Below are positions 28,479-37,529 of a stretch of 64,000 nucleotides of DNA, piece after piece; position 1 is the first letter of the stretch, and the number at the start of each line of letters is the position of its first letter. The DNA is from Candidatus Latescibacterota bacterium (GTDB lineage: Bacteria > Latescibacterota > UBA2968 > GCA-2709665): NCBI GenBank assembly GCA_963662665.2, contig CAXXJS010000040.1, positions 64,001 through 128,000 on the forward strand. The letters run 5' to 3'. The notes below the pieces were generated by a model, which was not told the origin of the DNA, searched no databases, and was given only the letters and a program-made list of their open reading frames with translations. Position numbers and translations under genes: made by a program.

Positions 28479-28641
28479 GTGTCCTGTCCTAAAAATATCT
28501 CACCATTCAAACGCCGATTCATCCCGTCTCGCTACGTTGCCTTCACTCACCGACCTTGCACAGGTCGTCTGCGCTCAGACGCCTTGCGAGCCGGGCGACT
28601 CGTCGTTTTTATTCAGGCAACCTATTTTCGGGACAGAACAC
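28479..28641. mobile_element. MITE-like element, copy 2 (overlaps oppB stop)
   Basis: Same TIRs GTGTCCTGTCC / GGACAGAACAC and shared internal sequence with 11045..11190. Confidence 0.75.
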
Positions 28642-29596
28642 CCGCCCGTATGCGCGGATCGATCAGCGCGTACCCGATATCCACCAGCAGATTCATCAGC
28701 ATAATCAGAAAGCCGAAAAAGAGCGTGGAAGTAATGATCATCGGGTAATCCCGGGTCCCCGCGGCGGCCACGAACAGCTTGCCCAGGCCGGGAATATTGA
28801 AAATCTCCTCGATAAAGGCGGTGCTGACCATCAGATTGGCGAACTGCGGACCGGTAATGGTCAGCAGGGGGATCAGCGAGTTCCGCAACGCATGGAGAAA
28901 CACCGCCTTGTTCCGGTCGCCCCCTTTTGAGAAGACCGTCCGGACGTAGTCTTCTCCCATTTCCTTGATGAGACTCACCCGGACGTACCGGGCGATACCG
29001 GCAACGGGCTGGAAGACCATCGCCAGCACGGGAAGCACCGCGTACTCCCACGTTCCCCATCCCGACGTGGGAAACAACTGAAGCGTCACGGCGAAGAAGA
29101 CGATCACCAGCAGGGCGATGACGTAAGACGGGATGCAGATGCCCAGCATCGAAACAAACATGGTCGCGCGGTCGATCCACGTATTCCGGTACAGCGCCGC
29201 CCCGATGCCCATGGGAATGCCGATCAGAAGCGCGAGAATCATCGGCGAGAAGGCAAGAACGAACGTCCGTGGAAAGGCCCTCGTCATCATCTCCTGTATG
29301 GTCGTATCCGGGTAGCGGAACGACGGCCCGAAATCCAGGGCGGCCGCATGCCGCAAATAGATCAGAATCTGTTTCCAGACGGGCGTATTTTCCCCGTAGC
29401 GCTCCTCCCATAGCATGAGGGTCTGGCTCTTTTCCTCGAACTGACTCAGCCGGCTGCCCGTTACCTGCTGGTTCATCAGCCGTTCGATATTGAAGAAATC
29501 GCCGGGCGCGGCGTGCATCAGGTAGAACGTGATAACCAGAATGGCGATGAGGCTCAGGACAATCTGGCCGACACGACGAAAGAAGAACATCATCAT
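28622..29596 (-). CDS. oppB: Oligopeptide ABC transporter permease (OppB-like)
   Basis: LDFGPSF, DYVRT..SKG, HALRNSLIP, IFNIPGLG, RDYP, YALIDPRI. Confidence 0.92.
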   Translation of the reverse strand: MMMFFFRRVGQIVLSLIAILVITFYLMHAAPGDFFNIERLMNQQVTGSRLSQFEEKSQTLMLWEERYGENTPVWKQILIYLRHAAALDFGPSFRYPDTTIQEMMTRAFPRTFVLAFSPMILALLIGIPMGIGAALYRNTWIDRATMFVSMLGICIPSYVIALLVIVFFAVTLQLFPTSGWGTWEYAVLPVLAMVFQPVAGIARYVRVSLIKEMGEDYVRTVFSKGGDRNKAVFLHALRNSLIPLLTITGPQFANLMVSTAFIEEIFNIPGLGKLFVAAAGTRDYPMIITSTLFFGFLIMLMNLLVDIGYALIDPRIRAGVLSRK

Positions 29597-31587
29597 AACG
29601 ACTCTCCATCCCGGGGCGGGTCCGACAACAACCGCTGCCGGGTGTCGTCAATGTCGATCCACTTCAGGTACATGGGATTCGCCCACCAGTAGGCGCAGAA
29701 TTTCAACCCCTTCACGTAGGGCTTGACCAGGGCCGTGGCGTTGGCGACGTGAAGCGGAAAATCCCAGCTGAATGCCTGCACCAGGCGGTGCACTTCGCGG
29801 TTGATCTCAGCCTGCCGGGCCGGGTCCGTAGCGTAGTGCGCTTCCTGGCGCATCTCCTCCAGGCGCCAGCGAAGGTCGCTGGTGTGCGACCACTGAAAAT
29901 GGTATTGTCCGACCTGGAGGAGCGTGACATTGAGCGCTTTCCAGCACCAATCCAGGTTCGCGTCCGGTTCGTGCGCCGCCCGCAGGATCTCGTCCGCCGA
30001 TTGCTGCCAGCCGCTCGTCGCCTCCTCCGCCTGCCGCCGCAGGTGGGGACCGTGTCTTCCGTTTGCGAAAAGCGCCATTACCGAGTCCGCGTACGCCCCG
30101 ACCCGGCGGCGTAAGGGTTGAAAGTCGTCGACATTTTCAACCTCTTCGAACTGAGTCATACCCGACCTGATCTGCAGGATCCTGCGTTGTCCCTCCCACC
30201 AGGCGCCGTAGATGCCAGGGTCGTCCGTCCATTGTACGTTTTCGATCCACTGCGTGCCGTAGATGGGATTGGGCCACGGCGCCCCGGACGCCGCAAAGCA
30301 CATCCCGGCATACCCGGAAGGATTCAGGGAAACCCGCTTGTCGGCATACACCCCCAGTTCCTGATTGTCGATCCTGAACCGGATGCCCAGGTTCTCTTCC
30401 AGCATGGCGGCGATTACCACGAACTGCGACACCATCTCGGGCGCCAGGTACGACGGGACCAGAATCACCGATTCGGGGAAGCCCTCTCCGCCCGGATATC
30501 CCGCCTCGGTCAGCAGGCGCCGGGCTTCGTCCAGGTCGAATCTCAGCCCCAGTTCCGGGTCCCAATCCGGCATCGCGGGGGTGGAGAGCATATGCATCGG
30601 CGTCTCACGCCCGAGGAAGATCGTCTCCACAATCCGGCGCTTGTCGAAGCCGAGCGCAATCGCCCGCCGGACGCGGGCATCCCAGTAGACCGGATGCTTC
30701 GAGAACAGGAATCTTACGTAGGAGAGTCCGCTCGTCGGCGTCCATACCAGTTCGCCGCTCAGTACGGGATGGTTTTTCGCGTAGTAGATATCGGCGATCG
30801 TCGGCAGCAGTGCGAAGTCGATCTCTCCGCTCTGGTAACCCTCCAGGGGTCTGCCCGCGAACCGGCTGTTTATCCGCTCCAGATTGCCCCGGTGAAGGTT
30901 GTACCGTGGATTCGGCTCCAGGATGATATGGGAATTGAGTTCCCACTCCACGATCCTGTACGGCCCGTTTCCCTGGTAGTTGGGCAGCTTGTGCCACGCG
31001 TCTCCGTACTCTTCCAGTGAGCCCCGGTGAATCGGAAACATGCTTCCCGTGACCATCGCGTTCAAAAACGCCGGGTACGGTCTCGCCAGACGGAAGCGCA
31101 GCGTGAAGTCGTCCGGCACGTCCACGCCGACCTCCTCCTCGCGTGCGGCCCCGTTCCTGAAATCCATCGCCTTGACCACGTACTGCAACGGCGTATCCCA
31201 GAGCCATTTGCTCTCGCGCCCGGGTTCCATCTGATAGATGAACGCGGCCCTGTAGTCCCTCGCGGTGACGGACGTACCGTCGTACCAGCGGTTGTCCCGG
31301 CGCAGAACGAACGTATAGGTGAGTCCGTCTTCCGAGACCTCCCAGCGCTTTGCCTGTGCCGGAATCAACGCTCCTTCCGGATCCAGTTGAACCAGACCTT
31401 CTTTCGTGCCCAGCGTGATCTGTGCGTACATCCCCCCCGTGTACAGATAGCTGTTCAACGTGCTCACGGGCGGCCCGATGTACCGGATCTCGCGCAGCCG
31501 TCCGGCCTGCGCCGACGTAACGAAAAGCACAGCGACAAGGATTCCGCACGCGAAGCCCCCCGGCCACCCCGTGCTCCCGCGTGTCAT
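29593..31587 (-). CDS. oppA: Peptide ABC transporter substrate-binding protein (family 5, OppA-like)
   Basis: AKRWEVSEDGLTYTF.LR..W.DG..VTA.D, GNGPY, DARVRRAI, ARRLLTEAGYPGGEGFP; ATG 31587 overlaps upstream TGA. Confidence 0.88.
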   Translation of the reverse strand: MTRGSTGWPGGFACGILVAVLFVTSAQAGRLREIRYIGPPVSTLNSYLYTGGMYAQITLGTKEGLVQLDPEGALIPAQAKRWEVSEDGLTYTFVLRRDNRWYDGTSVTARDYRAAFIYQMEPGRESKWLWDTPLQYVVKAMDFRNGAAREEEVGVDVPDDFTLRFRLARPYPAFLNAMVTGSMFPIHRGSLEEYGDAWHKLPNYQGNGPYRIVEWELNSHIILEPNPRYNLHRGNLERINSRFAGRPLEGYQSGEIDFALLPTIADIYYAKNHPVLSGELVWTPTSGLSYVRFLFSKHPVYWDARVRRAIALGFDKRRIVETIFLGRETPMHMLSTPAMPDWDPELGLRFDLDEARRLLTEAGYPGGEGFPESVILVPSYLAPEMVSQFVVIAAMLEENLGIRFRIDNQELGVYADKRVSLNPSGYAGMCFAASGAPWPNPIYGTQWIENVQWTDDPGIYGAWWEGQRRILQIRSGMTQFEEVENVDDFQPLRRRVGAYADSVMALFANGRHGPHLRRQAEEATSGWQQSADEILRAAHEPDANLDWCWKALNVTLLQVGQYHFQWSHTSDLRWRLEEMRQEAHYATDPARQAEINREVHRLVQAFSWDFPLHVANATALVKPYVKGLKFCAYWWANPMYLKWIDIDDTRQRLLSDPPRDGESL

Positions 31588-33296
31588 GGACCGGACTCCC
31601 CTTCTCTTACAACGATCTCCCGATTGGCGCCTATGCTCCCCACTCTGTCCACCGTACCTCCGGGCCATCGAACCCTTACCGAATCGACGGTTGTGTACTG
31701 ACCTAGCCCGAAATGGAGTCGGAAATCGTTCTGGGACAAATAACTGGACCCACTCCGGACCTCGCGGACCTGCCGTCGGCCACCGGCCCATACCGTCACG
31801 CGCGCGCCGATTCCGTTCCGGTTGGACGAACGCGCGGCGCCGTTTGAAAGTCCCGGATGCTCCCCGGCGGATCCGATCAGTTTCACCCGCAGCCATCGGT
31901 TCCGGTTGCCAACCTCGTTTCTGAGGAGCCGCGCCGCGCCGTTCACCGTAAGAATGAATACGTCCACGTCGCCGTCGTTGTCGTAGTCCCCGAAGGCGGT
32001 ACCGCGGCTGGCGCCCGGCGTGGACAGGTCGTCCTTCGCTTCGCCCGTCACGTCGACGAACCGCCCCTCTCCCGTGTTACGGAGCAGGATGGCGGGTTGC
32101 CGGTAAACACTTCCCACCAGGTCTGCGTTGTCGAGTACGTGGCCATGCGCCATCAGAAGATCGGGCCAACCGTCATTGTTGTAATCCAGAAAGCCGATTC
32201 CCCACCCAACGTGGGGTATCGTGGGCGTTCTGACCCCGGATATCGACGAAATTTCCGTAAATAGCCCGCCGCCCTCATTGCGGTACAACCCGGCGCCTTC
32301 CAGTCGAAAATTGGTTACGGCCAGGTCCGGACGACCGTCCCGGTTGAAATCGCCGAAGTCCGCGCCCATGCTGGACTGCAGGTCGCCCGTTCCGCTGTAG
32401 GCCACCCCCGACAGAAGGCCCCTCGCCTCGAAACTCCCGTCGCCTCGATTCAGGTAGAGAAAATTGGGGGTCATATCGTTGGCCACGAAGATATCCACGG
32501 TCCCGTTGCCGTCGACGTCTCCGCACGACGTCCCCATTCCCTTGCCGTTGGGATTGAAGACGCCGGCCCGCTCTGTCACGTCCGTGAACGTCCCGTTGCC
32601 GTTGTTGCGATACAGGCGATCCGCCGCCCCCTTGAAGTTGTCGGGATGCGGGTAGAACCTGGCGTCCTCCGCGGGACTCGCGGAACGGGAAGCGTAGGGC
32701 CTTAACCGCGACTGTGTCGAGGAGATCGAGTAGGCAACGTAGTTTGCCACGTAGAGGTCCAGGAATCCATCCGCGTTGTAGTCCAGGAAAGCGCATCCCA
32801 CGCTCCACGTTGAATCCCCGGCGACGCCGGCCGCGCCGGCAACGTCCCTGAACGTGCCGTCTCCGTTGTTCCGGAACAGGCTGTTCGGCCCGTAGCACGT
32901 CACGTAGAGGTCGTTGTGCGCGTCATTGTCGAAGTCGCCCACGCAAACGCCCATACCGTAGGCTGTTTCGCCCACTCCCGCGAACCGCGTCACGTCCGAG
33001 AACGCGCCCGCGCCGGCATTCCGGTATAGCCGGTTTACAGGGCGCGGCCCTGCATATCCGGGCAACGCCCCGCCGTTGACGGCGAATATGTCCAGTCGAC
33101 CGTCATTGTTATAGTCCAGAAACGCGACCCCGGACCCCATCGTTTCCACGAAATATTTCTTGCCCGTCCCTCCGTTGACGTGCCGGAAGTCGATGCCCGA
33201 TGCCGCCGTCACGTCGACGAAGCGCGGCGAATCCGCCCACAGCGCTCCGCCCCGAAGGATCGAGAGAAGAAATATCCCGAAAACAACGTGATTCAT
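31584..33296 (-). CDS. CRTAC1-family protein (FG-GAP repeats + ASPIC/UnbV domain)
   Basis: ETMGSGVAFLDYNNDG, repeated D.DNDG..D motifs, C-terminal GIGARV...SGSSYLSQ...LHFGLG..VRWPGG; start MNHVVF at 33296. Confidence 0.9.
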   Translation of the reverse strand: MNHVVFGIFLLSILRGGALWADSPRFVDVTAASGIDFRHVNGGTGKKYFVETMGSGVAFLDYNNDGRLDIFAVNGGALPGYAGPRPVNRLYRNAGAGAFSDVTRFAGVGETAYGMGVCVGDFDNDAHNDLYVTCYGPNSLFRNNGDGTFRDVAGAAGVAGDSTWSVGCAFLDYNADGFLDLYVANYVAYSISSTQSRLRPYASRSASPAEDARFYPHPDNFKGAADRLYRNNGNGTFTDVTERAGVFNPNGKGMGTSCGDVDGNGTVDIFVANDMTPNFLYLNRGDGSFEARGLLSGVAYSGTGDLQSSMGADFGDFNRDGRPDLAVTNFRLEGAGLYRNEGGGLFTEISSISGVRTPTIPHVGWGIGFLDYNNDGWPDLLMAHGHVLDNADLVGSVYRQPAILLRNTGEGRFVDVTGEAKDDLSTPGASRGTAFGDYDNDGDVDVFILTVNGAARLLRNEVGNRNRWLRVKLIGSAGEHPGLSNGAARSSNRNGIGARVTVWAGGRRQVREVRSGSSYLSQNDFRLHFGLGQYTTVDSVRVRWPGGTVDRVGSIGANREIVVREGESGP

Positions 33297-33312
33297 TCCG
33301 TAACTTCCCGCC

Positions 33313-34443
33313 TCACCGGCTGCTGAGCAGGGTATGGACCGCCCGTTTGAACACGTGAATCGCGCGCCTGGCGGCGCCGTGCGGACCGGCCGTGGCGACG
33401 TTGATCTCATAGAATACGCTGGGGATTCCAAGCCTCCGGGCCATCTGATAGCACATTGTATTCTCACGATGCACGTTGGCCGCACCGTGCGTGGACATGC
33501 CATGGGTCTCCAGCCGCATCGTATCGCAAAGGGCCTGGTACAAACGGGCGCGATCGGGATGCTCAATGACGGGGTCGACCACCTCGTACCATCCGTCGTA
33601 AGGGTATTCTCCGTTTTCCCGCCAGCCCACGAAGGCATGGATATTCATCCACATCGCCGGCCGGTCCTTTACTAGCTTGTCCCACAGCAGGCGACTCTCG
33701 TGGGCTTCGGGCGCCTCCGCTTCCGGGTCGTCGCCGAATGCCCGGTACATGTCCAGCCCCTCGGCATTGAACGCGTTCCTGCCCCTTACGTTTCCATCGG
33801 GATTGACCGCCGGCAGGACCTCCACCTGTACCTGCTCCCGAAGGGCGACGGCATCGGGCACGAGAGACGTGATGAAATCTGCAATGCCCAGCATTCCCCA
33901 GGTGCCGGAGAATTCGATCGCGTGTTGTCCGGCCACGCACAGAATCCCCGGCTTGCCGGGCGTGCCGGCCCGGACGCCGGTGATGTCCCGGCCTTGCACC
34001 GACGTGCCGATGGTAAAGGCCTCACACCGGTCCCCTCGTTCATCCGCCAGCTTTCGGAGTGCGTCCCGGGTATCGCTGTAGGGCGCGGGCCATGCGTTCG
34101 TGACCCGAATCGTCTCGTTCGCCTTCAGATTCAGGCGGACCAACAGAGGTTCTTCCGAATTCCGGACCCGTTCGCGGTCGAGCGGCTTGAAGCGGCCCTC
34201 TCCCCGAGACTCGACCCACACCGTGGTCGGAAGACTGACCACGAATCCCTCGGGACCAAATCGCGAGTCCGGCCACACTTCCACGGTCACAACCGATGCG
34301 GGCCCGTCATTCCGGACGTCAAAGCAGAAGTAGTAACAGTACGTGGCCTTGTCCCCGATGACCTCGAGCCGAAACCGGTCGATTGCGATCTGCCGGATAT
34401 GCTTCGCGTTACCGCATTCGAAATCAGCCGAGATTGAAGTCAT
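33313..34443 (-). CDS. M14 family zinc carboxypeptidase-like protein
   Basis: ADFECGN N-terminus, IGTSVQGRDI, GQHAIE (HxxE), VNPDG, NIH third ligand; start 34443. Confidence 0.8.
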   Translation of the reverse strand: MTSISADFECGNAKHIRQIAIDRFRLEVIGDKATYCYYFCFDVRNDGPASVVTVEVWPDSRFGPEGFVVSLPTTVWVESRGEGRFKPLDRERVRNSEEPLLVRLNLKANETIRVTNAWPAPYSDTRDALRKLADERGDRCEAFTIGTSVQGRDITGVRAGTPGKPGILCVAGQHAIEFSGTWGMLGIADFITSLVPDAVALREQVQVEVLPAVNPDGNVRGRNAFNAEGLDMYRAFGDDPEAEAPEAHESRLLWDKLVKDRPAMWMNIHAFVGWRENGEYPYDGWYEVVDPVIEHPDRARLYQALCDTMRLETHGMSTHGAANVHRENTMCYQMARRLGIPSVFYEINVATAGPHGAARRAIHVFKRAVHTLLSSR

Positions 34444-34497
34444 CCAGGATCTCCCCTGAACGCGCATGGATGACACGCGTTCGTGTGATGGACGGCA

Positions 34498-35625
34498 TCA
34501 GAAATATCCGGTTCCCACGGGCGGCCGGGCGTACGCCACCTCGATGCGGCTGGGAACCCCTGTACCGTTCATCGAATTCACGCCCCTGCATTCCAGGGAC
34601 TGAATTCCCTCCCGCATCGGCCAGTCGAAACGCTCCCCACAGAGATTCCAGACCCCGTCGTCGACGCGGTATTCGTAGTGGTCGAAAAACGGCATACAGT
34701 GTGAAAGCGTGACCGCCAGCCTGGCTTCCTCCTCGTCCCACGAAGGCCGGGTGGAAATGTGCACCAGATTCACCGCCCAGTACAAATCCGGTAGATTGGA
34801 GGTCCATCGAACCGGGCCAAGCGGTCTGAAATGACTCACGAACGTGGGCAGACACCTGCGGTCCACCCATTCCCAGGTCAGGCGATCCGTCAGGACACGG
34901 ACCCGGGCATAGTAGTCCATCACCCTGTTTCGCAGAAACCTCGCGAACAACTGGCGGTTGACGTCCGCGTCATAGTCTTGCCGGCAGGTGGGGTCCCGGA
35001 GGGCGAGCCGGACGTGCCTGGCGTCGGGAACGACGAATTCGGGCTGATCCTGCACCATTTCAACCTCATCCGCGGCGCCGTCCAGCCACGCTTCCCGGAT
35101 CTCCAGCGCGTTCAGCGGCGTACCGTCCCGTTCGTAGTGGACGTTGATGTCCGGGTCCATCATCACCCACTTCCGGTGTTCGTTGGACCAGACCTCCGCA
35201 ACCGCGTGTCCCACGTTCCATATATTGTAGTCCCGTGGCGCCTCGCAATCTTCAATGGAGACCGCCACCCTCCGCGCGGGCCAGCCCAGCGCGGTTGCCG
35301 AATCCACGAACACCCGGGCGTAGGAACCGCAGAAGAAACGTTCCCCCATGCTCACGGCTTCCAGAATTCCCAGGCCATCGTCAACTTCCGGGCCGTTGTA
35401 CCAGAGCCCGTGGTCCCACTGTTCGCGGACCCATCGCTTCAGCGCCAGAAACCCCTCGAATTCCGTTTTGCAGCCTGCCACGACGTCCGCCAGCCCGTAG
35501 GCTTCCCTGAGGCGCGCAATTCTCGGCGCATGCGGGTCCCCGTAATCGTGGCAGGTATAGTCCCCGGTGAAGTCCGGGACGTCATAGGAGACAACGCGGA
35601 ACTCACCAGGACACCTCTGACTCAT
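34498..35625 (-). CDS. Transglutaminase-like (Cys-His-Asp) domain protein
   Basis: FFCGSYA, GHAVAEVWS, WVMMDPD triad pattern; start MSQRCPG at 35625 behind GGGAGG. Confidence 0.78.
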   Translation of the reverse strand: MSQRCPGEFRVVSYDVPDFTGDYTCHDYGDPHAPRIARLREAYGLADVVAGCKTEFEGFLALKRWVREQWDHGLWYNGPEVDDGLGILEAVSMGERFFCGSYARVFVDSATALGWPARRVAVSIEDCEAPRDYNIWNVGHAVAEVWSNEHRKWVMMDPDINVHYERDGTPLNALEIREAWLDGAADEVEMVQDQPEFVVPDARHVRLALRDPTCRQDYDADVNRQLFARFLRNRVMDYYARVRVLTDRLTWEWVDRRCLPTFVSHFRPLGPVRWTSNLPDLYWAVNLVHISTRPSWDEEEARLAVTLSHCMPFFDHYEYRVDDGVWNLCGERFDWPMREGIQSLECRGVNSMNGTGVPSRIEVAYARPPVGTGYF

Positions 35626-35639
35626 GAGGTCCTCCCGAT

Positions 35640-36554
35640 TTACCCGGTTCGCACCGGCTTCCCGAGCGCCTCGGCCATCGCGCGGACGTGGGACGGACCG
35701 GCGCCGCAACAGCAACCCACGAAGTTGATCCCTTCCGCCCTGGCCTTCAGCGCGAACGCCGCCATATCGTCGGGGGTGACGCCATTGCGATGCCGGCGGA
35801 CGGCATAGCCGACGTTTTCGGTATCCTCCATCTGCCTGAATCCCTTCGGCTGGCAGGCGATCGGTACATCCACCGCTTCCCGCATCTCGAGCGCCGTCGG
35901 CAGCATCTGTTCCGGGTCCCCGATACAGACGGTCCCCACGATGTCCGCGCCGTCGTCCACGAGGGCGCGGGCGCACTCCGCCGCGGTGGCGCCGTCCCGT
36001 GTCGCCTTATTGCTGCCGATGCCCACGAGCGCCATCGTCGGCAGGCCGGTTTTCTTACAGCTTTCCACGCACAGCCGCATCTCGTCCAGGCGGGAGAACG
36101 TCTCCGGGATCAGGAAGTCGGCGCCGGCGTCGACGAGAATTGCGATCTGTTCTTCCCATTCGGCCTGCGCGCGTGCGCCCGACGAAGGATCCTCCGGATT
36201 GTAAACCTGGTCTCCCAGACGGGAACCGGTCATCGTGGATACGAGACAGCCGCCTACCGGCGTCTCCCAGTCCGATCCCTCCTTGGCCGCCCGAATCCCG
36301 GTCCTGTTGATCTCGTCCACGCGGTCTCCCCATCCGTATTTCTCCTCCAGCTGAGCACCCGAGGTAAACCACGTCAGCGCCTGGAGCACCTCGGCACCCG
36401 AATTGTAGAAGTCCCGGTGGATCTGCTGAAGCACATCCGGGTGGGAGCCGATGATGCCGGGCACATCGTAACCTCTCCAGTTCGCCTCCAGGAACATCCC
36501 CCCGTCACCAAGGACGATCCCGTCGTTCAACATATCCATCAGATTCCGCGCCAT
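35640..36554 (-). CDS. Homocysteine S-methyltransferase family protein
   Basis: IVLGDGGM, IHRDFYNSGA, PETF, VGTVC, FVGCCCG. Confidence 0.88.
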   Translation of the reverse strand: MARNLMDMLNDGIVLGDGGMFLEANWRGYDVPGIIGSHPDVLQQIHRDFYNSGAEVLQALTWFTSGAQLEEKYGWGDRVDEINRTGIRAAKEGSDWETPVGGCLVSTMTGSRLGDQVYNPEDPSSGARAQAEWEEQIAILVDAGADFLIPETFSRLDEMRLCVESCKKTGLPTMALVGIGSNKATRDGATAAECARALVDDGADIVGTVCIGDPEQMLPTALEMREAVDVPIACQPKGFRQMEDTENVGYAVRRHRNGVTPDDMAAFALKARAEGINFVGCCCGAGPSHVRAMAEALGKPVRTG

Positions 36555-36569
36555 ATCACTTTCTCCTCT

Positions 36570-37505
36570 CTATCGAAGCTGGTAAGGTCCGGCCCGATCC
36601 GGCATCGCCGTCGGTTTCCCGATCGCCTCGGCCATCGCCCGGATATGGTACGGCAGGGCCCCGCAGCATGCACCGATGAAGCCGACGCCCATATCCCAGG
36701 CATCCCGGGCGTAGTCGGCCATCTCGCGCCGGGGTTGGTGCCGGAGCTCGAAATGAACGCTTGAGCCCGACGCGATCTCCCGCGTATACTCCGCGCCGTT
36801 TTCCAGCACGTACGCGAGGGGTTGAGCGCAGATGGGCACGTTTACCGCACTCATCATCTTGCCGAGGATATCCCTGTACATATACCAGGGCCGCCCGCAA
36901 TTCACGCCCACCACGTCGGCGCCCTGGTCCACGAGCCGTTTCACCGCCTCGTCCGGCAGATACCGGTCGGCGGTATATTCGCCGGATTTGTACTCCAGCG
37001 TTACGACGGCGGGAATTCCGGCGCTCTTGATATAGGGCAGTCCCAGCGACGCCTCCTCGACGGAATAAAAGGTCTCCACGATAAACAGGTCCACCCCCGC
37101 CGCGGTCTGCTGTCCCACGCGCCGCTCGAAGAACGCCTGCGCATCGCGCCTTTCCGTAGCGGAGATCGGCGATCGCCTCTGGTACGGCCCGATGCCGACC
37201 GGGCTGAGCGTACCCGCCACGAACCGGTCCTGTCCGGCGGCCTCTCTCGCAAGCTCGACCGCGGTACGGTGGAGTTCGTCATCCCGTTCCATCCTGCCCA
37301 CGCCCCAGGCCATGGCCTGCAGCACCTCGGCGCCCGCAAGCGCGAATTCCCTGTGCAACTGGAGCAGACCCTCAGGGTGATCCAGTACAGCCCACGGTAC
37401 GCCTTTGGCGAAACTGCCAAGGCATCGCCGTTCAAGCTCCAGATAATAACCGCCGTCGCCAAGTACCGGCCCCTCGTTCAGACGATCCAGAAAACCCGAT
37501 GCCAT
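36570..37505 (-). CDS. Homocysteine S-methyltransferase (BHMT-like) family protein
   Basis: VLGDGGYYLELERR, LHREFALAGAEV, VETF, VGVNC, FIGACCG..PYHIRAMAE. Confidence 0.9.
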   Translation of the reverse strand: MASGFLDRLNEGPVLGDGGYYLELERRCLGSFAKGVPWAVLDHPEGLLQLHREFALAGAEVLQAMAWGVGRMERDDELHRTAVELAREAAGQDRFVAGTLSPVGIGPYQRRSPISATERRDAQAFFERRVGQQTAAGVDLFIVETFYSVEEASLGLPYIKSAGIPAVVTLEYKSGEYTADRYLPDEAVKRLVDQGADVVGVNCGRPWYMYRDILGKMMSAVNVPICAQPLAYVLENGAEYTREIASGSSVHFELRHQPRREMADYARDAWDMGVGFIGACCGALPYHIRAMAEAIGKPTAMPDRAGPYQLR

Positions 37506-37529
37506 TGCAATACCTCCTGTTGGGGTCGC

